A stretch of DNA of 62,292 nt from an uncultured Pirellulaceae bacterium (GTDB lineage Bacteria > Planctomycetota > Planctomycetia > Pirellulales > Pirellulaceae), in contig CAZLFF010000009.1 in the NCBI GenBank assembly GCA_964558755.1, positions 1 to 62,292 on the forward strand, read 5' to 3'. Both the position numbers and the translations under genes were made by a program. The notes under the pieces were generated by a model that was given only the letters and a program-made list of their open reading frames with translations, was not told where the DNA came from and ran no database searches. Position 1 is the first letter of the stretch; each line of letters opens with the position of its first letter. Positions 1 to 8,200 of the stretch are shown here, piece after piece.

Positions 1-93
1 CCGCTCAAGCATCGCTCCGTGGTTCTCGGCAGCCGAAATCCATGGCGTGAGCGCTCGGGACAGGCCGAAACGAACGGAAACAGGTGTCGGAAA

Positions 94-501
94 ATGAAGC
101 GAGTATTGATCCTTTGCACGGGAAACTCCTGCCGTTCGCAGATGGCAGAGGCGATTTGGCGAGATCTTGGCGGTGGCAAATGGCTGGCAGATTCCGCCGG
201 CTCCCGACCGACAGGAGAAGTACACCCACTGGCAATCGCGGCGATTGAGGAGCTTGGTTTGCCGACCGAGGGATTGGTGAGCAAGTCGGTGGATCAGTTC
301 TTGGATGAGCCGATCGACTTGGCCGTGACGGTTTGCGATAACGCCTTGGAGGCATGCCCCAGTCTGCCCCACGCGGCACAGAAACTCCATTGGCCTTTCG
401 AGGATCCCGCCGACGCGACGGGAACCGACCACGAGGTCATGGGGTGTTTCCGTCGTGTGCGAGACGAAATCAAACAAGCGATCGAAGGATACCTAGCATG
501 A
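94..501 (+). CDS. arsC: Arsenate reductase, thioredoxin-dependent (LMW-PTP fold)
   Basis: P-loop CTGNSCRSQMAE, SAG, resolving Cys pair VTVCDNALEACP and HWPFEDP; ATG at 94 preferred over GTG at 19. Confidence 0.85.
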   Translation: MKRVLILCTGNSCRSQMAEAIWRDLGGGKWLADSAGSRPTGEVHPLAIAAIEELGLPTEGLVSKSVDQFLDEPIDLAVTVCDNALEACPSLPHAAQKLHWPFEDPADATGTDHEVMGCFRRVRDEIKQAIEGYLA

Positions 502-1445
502 GCGCAGTCAATTCACACCAGCTTGATGCCGCGACCCGGGCCGACGCGTTGAAACTGATCGAGATGGCGTTAGCCGAAGACATCGGTTCGGCCGACTTGA
601 AAGCGGGACGCGATTGTACGACCGACGCGATCGTGCCCTCAGATGTCCGTGGCAGCGCCGCGTTCGTTAGTCGCGGCGACGGCATTGTTTGTGGTGTCGA
701 GGTGGCGAAGCTGGTGATCGAGCAGCACGCGTTGACGTTGGAGCTAGACGTTCGGCTGAATGATGGCGACGCAGTCGAAGCCCAGCAAACGATCGCCGTG
801 GTCACTGGGCCGGCAGCGGAGATATTGGTGCTCGAACGAACGTGTTTGAACTTTATGTGCCGACTATCGGGCATCAGTTCATTGGCGAATCAGTACGCGG
901 CTGCGATCGAGGGGACGTCGGCGACCGTACTGGATACCAGAAAGACGACACCGGGCTGGCGACGTTTGGAGAAATACGCGGTTGCATGTGGCGGCGGAGC
1001 GAACCATCGCATGGGTTTGTACGATGCGATCATGATTAAGGACAACCATCTGGCTTTTCGTCGCAGCCAAGCGGAGAACAAATCGGTCACCATTCCCGAC
1101 GCGATTGAATTGGCTCGTGGTTGGATCGACCAACACGCGGCGTCCCTCCCTAACGGCAACGAAACGGTTTTGCAGTTGGAGGTCGATACGCTTGACCAGC
1201 TGAGAATCGCTTTGGATACCAGCGTTGATGTCGTCTTGCTGGACAACATGGGCAACGAGTTGTTATCTGAGGCCGTTGCCATGCGAAATGCGGCCGCTCC
1301 AAGCGTTTTGCTGGAGGCATCCGGTGGTGTCAATTTAAGTACCGTCGCGGGGGTTGCAGCGACAGGTGTCGAGCGAATCAGCGTCGGCGCGTTGACTCAT
1401 TCGGCCGTCAACTTTGACATCGGCTTGGACTGGACGATCGGTTAG
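498..1445 (+). CDS. nadC: Carboxylating nicotinate-nucleotide diphosphorylase (quinolinate phosphoribosyltransferase)
   Basis: DTRKTTPG, HRMGLYDAIMIKDNH, LEVD, LLDNM, EASGG, ISVGALTHS; ATGA overlap with the arsC stop. Confidence 0.95.
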   Translation: MSAVNSHQLDAATRADALKLIEMALAEDIGSADLKAGRDCTTDAIVPSDVRGSAAFVSRGDGIVCGVEVAKLVIEQHALTLELDVRLNDGDAVEAQQTIAVVTGPAAEILVLERTCLNFMCRLSGISSLANQYAAAIEGTSATVLDTRKTTPGWRRLEKYAVACGGGANHRMGLYDAIMIKDNHLAFRRSQAENKSVTIPDAIELARGWIDQHAASLPNGNETVLQLEVDTLDQLRIALDTSVDVVLLDNMGNELLSEAVAMRNAAAPSVLLEASGGVNLSTVAGVAATGVERISVGALTHSAVNFDIGLDWTIG

Positions 1446-1550
1446 ACGGTGCCATGGATTGACAATGCGCCCGGGCTGTCTGTTGCTCACGTGTCGAGTG
1501 GTGATTCCAGCGGGTAGCTTGCCGGAGCTTTTATTTACCAAATCTCTCGT

Positions 1551-1578
1551 TTGACATCCCATAAACGCGACCTAGTTT
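1551..1578 (+). promoter_or_regulatory. Putative sigma70-type promoter
   Basis: TTGACA (1551-1556), 16-nt spacer, TAGTTT (1573-1578); predicted +1 falls at the start of the hairpin at 1584. Confidence 0.45.
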
Positions 1579-1583
1579 TCAGT

Positions 1584-1667
1584 AAGCTTGTTTGTGCTGG
1601 GGAGCAACGAACAAGTTTGGCGGTGAGGACTTGGCATGATGCCAACGGGGCCTTGCCGCCATTTTTT
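1584..1667 (+). ncRNA. Candidate small structured RNA (two hairpins, the second an intrinsic terminator)
   Basis: Hairpin 1 AAGCTTGTTTG-TGCT-GGGG-AGCA-A-CGAACAAGTTT (1584-1618); hairpin 2 TGGCGGTGAGG...CCTTGCCGCCA (1618-1661) followed by T6; G-U pairs favour the + strand. Confidence 0.45.
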
Positions 1668-1810
1668 ATGCGCGGTTGGGCCGCCGGGCCGATTCGTCTG
1701 GTCGTTTGGCTGAGTGTCAGTTCAACGTTGGCGCAGCAGAACACGGCATTCACTAAGAGCGAATGCCGTGATGATGGTTAAGTTGATACGGAATTGGTTC
1801 CCGGCACCAG

Positions 1811-2839
1811 TTAGTTATTTGGTGCGAGTTTCCAACCTGCCTCGCGTGTCACGCTGAAGCTCCAACTGCTTTCCTGCCCTCTTGGAATCACAACTTTGTC
1901 GTCTCCAAAGTCACCGCCGCGGGCGAAGCGAATTTCTACTTCTTTGTCGGCCGCTCGAGCGAATCGTTCACCCGGTTTCAGTTGGATGACTTGGCGGTTC
2001 GCAACGAACCAGACCGGAAGCTGGTTGCCCCGAGGATTCAGGATAGCAAATTCTCCAACGGTCTCGTCAGTTTCTGGTGTGAGATCACCAGCAACCACAT
2101 TCTCGGTTGGCGCTTCTTTCAACTGGATATCCTCCGCCTGGCTATCTTTGGTCAGGGGCTCGGCGGGCACTGCCTCTTGAGCGACTTCCTGAGACGCTTT
2201 AACGTCGATCGCTGAGGCGGCAAGTTCTGGCTCCTCTAGGCCGGGCTCGGCAACAATGATTGGTTCCGATTCGGGTTCTTTCAAACCGGTTTCTAATTCT
2301 ACGGTCGGGGGCAGCGACGTTGATGACTTGGTGACAGAGCTAACGGCGGCAACGAGATCGGACGCCAAAGCTTGTGATTCGCCAACCACCACGGCAAGAA
2401 GCTCCGATGGATTGGCGGTGTCGGCTGGATATTCGTTCTCCGTTTCTGTCGTCGCGTCGGTTTCCGGTTGCACAGAAACAACGTCTTGGCGAGGTTGCGG
2501 TTCTGTGGCGTCTGTGATTTCTGGGCTAGGTTCCTCAACCAAAAGATCGTCAGCGTCGCCAAGGCCATTCGGTTCGGCAACAACGATTACCGGACTTTCC
2601 GTGCTAGGAGGCTCTGGCGTCGGGGGCGTGTCTGCCGTGTCGATCTTTGAACTGTCGGCCGCGTTTGTATCCGTCGTGCTCTCAACCGCAACCTGTTCCT
2701 GCGCGACGGGAGGCGGCGTTGTACTTTTTGATGACGCCTCGCTAGTCGATTTAAGGTATAGGACGCCGATAAAGCCAACCCCTAGGGCGCAAATTGCCAT
2801 GAAGGTTGTCGGTAGCTTTTGAAGAGTTGATGTTCTCAC
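1811..2839 (-). CDS. Hypothetical membrane-anchored protein with acidic Pro/Glu/Thr-rich linker and a small C-terminal beta-rich domain
   Basis: 342-aa ORF; N-terminal hydrophobic helix, low-complexity middle, C-terminal ILNP...FARGGDFG...GWKL segment. Confidence 0.7.
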   Translation of the reverse strand: MRTSTLQKLPTTFMAICALGVGFIGVLYLKSTSEASSKSTTPPPVAQEQVAVESTTDTNAADSSKIDTADTPPTPEPPSTESPVIVVAEPNGLGDADDLLVEEPSPEITDATEPQPRQDVVSVQPETDATTETENEYPADTANPSELLAVVVGESQALASDLVAAVSSVTKSSTSLPPTVELETGLKEPESEPIIVAEPGLEEPELAASAIDVKASQEVAQEAVPAEPLTKDSQAEDIQLKEAPTENVVAGDLTPETDETVGEFAILNPRGNQLPVWFVANRQVIQLKPGERFARAADKEVEIRFARGGDFGDDKVVIPRGQESSWSFSVTREAGWKLAPNN

Positions 2840-3562
2840 GATAGCTCTCGCTTGCGAAGCTCAGGTGTAGGGGCCAAACAGCCGACGCACACGCGCCGAC
2901 GCACACGCGGCCATCATGTTTAACGATGATTGAGTCCGCGCCGTGGGCAAGCGTAGGTCGCGCAGTGCGCCAGGCCAGTGATTTCTGTGGTGATTCTCGC
3001 GCAGAGGAAAATTTGATCGAGCAAAGCGAGGGCGAAGGCTGGTGATTCGCACAACGAATCTTCAGTTTGTAACCGTTCTGCTGATCGCTAACGCGCACGA
3101 TCGGTCGACCACGCAGGATAATCCGGTTGTTCTGATTGTTAGGTCAACCGAATCTGCTTCCATCTGCTTCCGTTTCGCTTATTTGCGAACTTCGTGAATG
3201 GGCGGGCTCCTATCCAAAATGGGTTGTGCCGGAGGTGATTTCCGGTTGCTCGCGTTACCAGCCTCGTTGCAGAATTCCCAGCACAACGCCGCACGGATCG
3301 GATTCTGCGGTTTCGCATGAATGTCACGGTTGCTGGGAGTCACTCGCCCGCCGTCTTGGCCATCCGCAGCGAAATATCGCCTTGGGCCATGTGAAATCGA
3401 CCTACCGTTACCGATAGACCCGCGGGTACTGGCATCTCTAACGGTGTCGGCTACGAAGCAAGTAACCATGGCTGATGTTTTCAGCTCGTGATTACCTGGC
3501 CTCGTGCTGCGTCTTTGAATAGGTCAGTTTTCGACCCGACTAAATCCAACGAGAGTTATGCG

Positions 3563-4756
3563 ATGACCCTAGAAAACGTTCAAGGCTGCTCAACCGATGC
3601 TGCCGCAGCGATCCTTGCCGGTAACCGCTTGATCGCCCAGCTGAACATCGAGAACGCGATCGTTGCGAATCGAGATTCGATTGACGCGTGGCTGCTCTAC
3701 GCGTGGACATCGGACTCCCCCTCGGCTGCCGAATTGGCAATTAGCCGAGCGATTAAAATCGACCCTACTAATGAGGTGGCTCTGGCGGGACAACGTTGGA
3801 TCGAAGGCGTTACCGCTTTAGCAGCTGAGCTGATCGTCCACGAAGAACCGTGCGATGATGCTTCGACTGACAATGATTCGTCAAACCTGTCCGAGTTAAC
3901 GGACGGTCCTTCGCAAGTCGAGAAGACCGCCGATTCGGCTGGAGATAGGGAAGAGGCTGAGGTGACCGGGGAAGTAGTAGCTGAGCAAGCGGATGACATG
4001 GTTGTCGAGTCCTCAGAAGACACCGCATCAGAAAGCTTGTTAGTTCGCGACGTTCGCAGTTCCTCGCAGGAGTCGATCAATCTTCCGGAGCTTGGTGCCG
4101 TCGCGAAATCCGAGACTGAATCGGTGGCAGCTTTGCCTGCTAATCCGGAACGTGTTGACACAACATTGGAACATCCAATCGTTGTTGAGTTGCTGGAAGA
4201 GCAGATCGTAGGTCAGGTTTCGGATATCACCAAAGACGTGTGCGAGATGTTCGGTGTTGAATCAACTCACACCGGCGAGCCAAGCCTAGCCGAAACGACG
4301 GAAGTTGAAACGAGACAAGCTGAGGCCCCTGCCCCGGCTACCCAGACGCCGATCGCTGATCAGCTGACCGTTGAAGGCCAGCCTGTCGTGATGATTGTCG
4401 ACGACAGCCCCACAATCCAAAAATTGGTTTCCATGACCTTAGGCCGCAGTGGATTCAGCGTGATCGCGGCCGACGACGGGATCGAAGCCATCGCGTTGTT
4501 GTCGCAGCAACGCCCTGACCTAGTTCTGGCGGATACGGAAGCGCCTCGGATGAGCGGCTATCAGTTGTGCAAACAAATCAAGAAACACGCCGACACAAAA
4601 GCGATCCCTGTTTTGATGCTCGCCGACAAGGACGGCGTGTTTGACAAAATGCGAGGCAAAATGGTTGGAGCGAACGGGTGTATTTCGAAACCCTTTGAAT
4701 CGGCTGATCTCGTTAATCAGGTCCGCCAGCAATTGCTCGCTTCCAAGACCAAATAA
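3563..4756 (+). CDS. Response regulator with N-terminal TPR-like segment, acidic linker and C-terminal PilG-like receiver domain
   Basis: VMIVDDSPT...DLVLAD...P...GYQLC...KDGVFDK...KPF; start ATG 3563 or GTG 3488. Confidence 0.8.
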   Translation: MTLENVQGCSTDAAAAILAGNRLIAQLNIENAIVANRDSIDAWLLYAWTSDSPSAAELAISRAIKIDPTNEVALAGQRWIEGVTALAAELIVHEEPCDDASTDNDSSNLSELTDGPSQVEKTADSAGDREEAEVTGEVVAEQADDMVVESSEDTASESLLVRDVRSSSQESINLPELGAVAKSETESVAALPANPERVDTTLEHPIVVELLEEQIVGQVSDITKDVCEMFGVESTHTGEPSLAETTEVETRQAEAPAPATQTPIADQLTVEGQPVVMIVDDSPTIQKLVSMTLGRSGFSVIAADDGIEAIALLSQQRPDLVLADTEAPRMSGYQLCKQIKKHADTKAIPVLMLADKDGVFDKMRGKMVGANGCISKPFESADLVNQVRQQLLASKTK

Positions 4757-4861
4757 AGAACAAAGTTAGAGTAACTTGCGACCAGTTTTCGGCACCAGCA
4801 CGCCATTTCGAAATGCGATGCCGATCTTTCCGTATCACTTTGTTGACCACGAGCCCGTCCT

Positions 4862-5389
4862 ATGCAACCGCAACTTCAGCCTGAGTCGAATGCTGTTTCT
4901 GTGCTGACACTGCCGCCGTTCGAGTCGCCGAGCGTGGACGTGGAAGCCGCGTGCATCGACCTGCTGTGCCGGCTGGAGTCTCTTGTTTGTGCCATCAAGC
5001 AAGGCGATCCCGCTGACCGCAACGAGATTGCGGTTGAAACTGCTCAACGGATGATGGTGGAGATGGTGGATTTTGCCGTCGGGTTTCTCGGTAGCGATGC
5101 GAACCATCGACTCGACAAAGAAATCAGTCTAGCTTTTGAGGCCACCATCGAGCTGGATGAGCTCAACCGTAGTCGTTCGATCAAGGACTTGCTCCGTCGT
5201 GCTTTGGGGCGCGAGCATCCGAACGCTGTTCGGCTGGATGTGGCCTTTGCGAATCTGATCGAATCACTCAACCGTAGTATGGTGACGCTTAGTTTTCATG
5301 CCATCGAGCTAGTCGGCGTCGACACGACCGTAGGAAAGCAGCTGAACGAAGGAACGCTGTTGCTCGTTGAGGAACTAGAGGCCGTCTAA
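4862..5389 (+). CDS. Hypothetical protein (predicted helical)
   Basis: 175-aa ORF with ATG start, co-directional with its neighbours; no family recognised. Confidence 0.6.
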   Translation: MQPQLQPESNAVSVLTLPPFESPSVDVEAACIDLLCRLESLVCAIKQGDPADRNEIAVETAQRMMVEMVDFAVGFLGSDANHRLDKEISLAFEATIELDELNRSRSIKDLLRRALGREHPNAVRLDVAFANLIESLNRSMVTLSFHAIELVGVDTTVGKQLNEGTLLLVEELEAV

Positions 5390-5554
5390 ACAAGTGGCAC
5401 GATCGCGATCGCTTCCATCGAAGCTGATCCCGGTCAATTTACTTCCATGGCTTCCGCAGCTAAGCGCCGGGAGCGACAAGAGGACGGCCATCGCAAAAAC
5501 CGACTCAAAGGGCGCTCGCCGATGGACAGAATAATCGTTCCCCAGCTAAGCTAG

Positions 5555-7738
5555 ATGTCCACAGATTGCTCGGCAGTCATTCGTATGTCCCGGTGCAGCG
5601 AATCGATGCTTGGCTTGAAATTGGCAGGGCGAGGGCGAAATACGGACGTGCGGCGGACCAAATACTCTTATCGCAGCGGCGACAGGCCGTTTGAGGACTA
5701 CACGATCAAGCGTGGCTTGGGTGTGGGTGGTTTTGGCGAGGTCTATTTTGCTGTCAGCAAGGCGGGCAAAGAAGTCGCGCTCAAAAAGATCCAGCGGAAT
5801 TTGGATATTGAACTGCGCGGCGTGCAACAGTGCTTGAATCTGAAGCACGTTAATTTGATCTCGCTGTGGGATATTCGCAGTGATCGCTACGGCGAGAGTT
5901 GGGTGGTGATGGAGTACGTTCCGGGCCCAAGCCTGCGCGATGTTGTCGAGGCTTATCCGCAGGGGATGCCTGAACCGCAGGTCAAAGAATGGTTCACCGC
6001 CATCGCGTCGGGTGTCGCTTATTTGCACGAGAAAGGCATAGTGCATCGCGATTTGAAGCCGGGCAACGTGTTCTGCGACGACCTCGCCGGCATCGTGAAG
6101 ATCGGGGATTACGGTCTGTCCAAGTTTATCTGTTCGACTCGCGACAGCGGCCAAACCGAAGCCGTCGGTACGTTCCACTACATGGCCCCAGAGATCGGCA
6201 ACGGCATCTATGGCAAAGAGATCGATGTCTACGCCTTGGGCGTCGTGCTGTTTGAGATGCTAACCGGCACCCTGCCCTTTGATGGCGAAAGTGCGCAAGA
6301 GATCATCATGAAGCACCTAACGCTTCCGGTGGATTTGAGCGTCGTCCCCGAGCCCTTTCACACAGTGCTAAAGAATTCTTTGACCAAAGATCCCGAGCAG
6401 CGCTACAGCTGTATCCTCGAGATGCTGCGGGATCTTCCTTGGCCCGACGTCGTCGATAACGCCCACAAGATTGTGTCGTGGCACACCGTCGGATCAATGC
6501 TAGAGACCAGCGACATCCCGCGCGGTGCTGCGGTTTCGCCAACCGACGTTCATCCCGCCGGCCTGTTTAAAAACTCGCCGCCGCCCGCCGAAACTAATTA
6601 TCCCGATCGAGCGGTGGCCGAAACCAAAGCCGTGGTGCTCGAGGCATCGCCAAACGAAGTCGTGGTGCCCGACATTCAGTTTGGCCCGCTCAAGCACGGC
6701 GAGGCACCTCGTCGAACTTCGCTGCTTTTGGATGCCGACATGATCGGGCCGGTGACGCGATTGCTGGGAGGCACGTTCCCGGGGTTTGCTGACTGGTGGA
6801 ATCGGGGCGGCGTCAGCACGTCGGTGCGGCTGTTGTTATTGGTGCTGGCCGGCCTAGTCGCGTTAGCGTGGCCGACTTGGTTGGTGCCGGCGGCAGTGAT
6901 CGTGGGCGCCATTTATTTCGCCTATTACTCCTTGGCCGGACGGGGGCAGAATGTTGTCAGTAAAATGTTGCTCGAACGTGAGGCCCGCCGCGTCCAGGCC
7001 GTTTTGGTCCGCAAATGGATTGCCGCACGGCCAATCGAAGATCGTTTTACCGAGTTGGTCGGTTCGTTGTTGGGCAGTGGCATCTGCTGTGTAGTACTCA
7101 GTTTTCTTGGGTTGGTGGCGCGCGGAAGATTTTTGAATCCGTCGCTGGATTCGTGGAGTCAATACTTGTGGATGACGATCGCTAGTATTGGTTGCTGCTG
7201 GACGGCCATCGTTGCCGGGAAACTCTGGGAGCACCAAACCGAACCCGGTGGGCTTCGGCGGATGACGATGCTGCTGAGTGGTTTCTTGATCGGTGGCATT
7301 GTTTACGTGGCCGCTCGATTTTTGAGAACAGACTTGTTCCAGTTGGCGATCGTCGAAAATGAGTCAAGCTTTCCGACCTTATCCTCGTTGGCGGTTTTGC
7401 CGGCTTGCCTGTTGATGTTCTGCAGTTTGTTGGGCACATTGCGGTGGTGGCGACAGGCAGATCCATTGCGGCGGACTCGGATTAGCATCTGGAGCGTCGG
7501 GCTGTGCATGATGTGGGCCATTATCTTTAGCGACCTGTTTCACTTGCCCGGTCAGACGATTTGCACGGTCGCGTTTGCGGCTGCGGTTTCCATTCAGTTC
7601 GCCTCGCCCTGGTTGGGCCCACAGAAGCGAGAAGAAATCTGTCAATTGCCTGCTGGGCGATCGATATCACTTGCTTCGGGGGGAGGATCACATCAGGCCG
7701 CTGGTGCAGTCGTAGGAGAAGTGGGGATTGGCCCGTGA
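5555..7738 (+). CDS. Hanks-type Ser/Thr protein kinase with C-terminal multi-pass membrane domain
   Basis: GVGGFGEVY, VALK, HRDLKPGN, DYG, GTFHYMAPE, DVYALG; several hydrophobic helices C-terminally; exact start uncertain. Confidence 0.92.
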   Translation: MSTDCSAVIRMSRCSESMLGLKLAGRGRNTDVRRTKYSYRSGDRPFEDYTIKRGLGVGGFGEVYFAVSKAGKEVALKKIQRNLDIELRGVQQCLNLKHVNLISLWDIRSDRYGESWVVMEYVPGPSLRDVVEAYPQGMPEPQVKEWFTAIASGVAYLHEKGIVHRDLKPGNVFCDDLAGIVKIGDYGLSKFICSTRDSGQTEAVGTFHYMAPEIGNGIYGKEIDVYALGVVLFEMLTGTLPFDGESAQEIIMKHLTLPVDLSVVPEPFHTVLKNSLTKDPEQRYSCILEMLRDLPWPDVVDNAHKIVSWHTVGSMLETSDIPRGAAVSPTDVHPAGLFKNSPPPAETNYPDRAVAETKAVVLEASPNEVVVPDIQFGPLKHGEAPRRTSLLLDADMIGPVTRLLGGTFPGFADWWNRGGVSTSVRLLLLVLAGLVALAWPTWLVPAAVIVGAIYFAYYSLAGRGQNVVSKMLLEREARRVQAVLVRKWIAARPIEDRFTELVGSLLGSGICCVVLSFLGLVARGRFLNPSLDSWSQYLWMTIASIGCCWTAIVAGKLWEHQTEPGGLRRMTMLLSGFLIGGIVYVAARFLRTDLFQLAIVENESSFPTLSSLAVLPACLLMFCSLLGTLRWWRQADPLRRTRISIWSVGLCMMWAIIFSDLFHLPGQTICTVAFAAAVSIQFASPWLGPQKREEICQLPAGRSISLASGGGSHQAAGAVVGEVGIGP

Positions 7739-8148
7739 TTCGTAACTCACTTTTTCACTCAATCGGAATCGCCTTGGTGTTGTCCATCATTAGTATCCAG
7801 GCCACTTCGTTGGCGGCCTCTGTCGCCCAAGAGGCGATGGTTTCTTTGGATGATGTAGAAGCAGCGAGTGGCATGGTGCCGGCTGCGATTGAGTTGTCCC
7901 AGCCAGCGGCTGATGATCCAGTGACTCAGGTTTCGGCACCCCAGCAAGGACAGCGGAACCGTTTGCTGCTGACGGGGACGTTGGTAGGATGGATGTTGGC
8001 CGAATTGGCCGTGTTGTTTGGGTACTTAAAAATTCAGCACGCGACGCGCGGCTTTTATAGTGGTCGTCTGCAATCGCTTGCTGCTGCCGTTGCCTTGGCC
8101 GTTTTGGGATTTGCTTGTCTGTTTTACTTCGCATGGATGTCAAACTGA
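7735..8148 (+). CDS. Small membrane protein
   Basis: GTGA overlap with the kinase stop; signal-like N-terminus and two C-terminal hydrophobic helices flanking TRGFYSGRLQ. Confidence 0.65.
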   Translation: MIRNSLFHSIGIALVLSIISIQATSLAASVAQEAMVSLDDVEAASGMVPAAIELSQPAADDPVTQVSAPQQGQRNRLLLTGTLVGWMLAELAVLFGYLKIQHATRGFYSGRLQSLAAAVALAVLGFACLFYFAWMSN

Positions 8149-8200
8149 TGGGTTACGGACCCGAACAAGAAACCAGTCAAACTGAAAACGGTCCTCATTC

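Noticed and set aside
2840-3487. Long intergenic region checked for a riboswitch, tRNA or small gene
   Set aside because: No recognisable consensus; the short overlapping ORFs lack coding features
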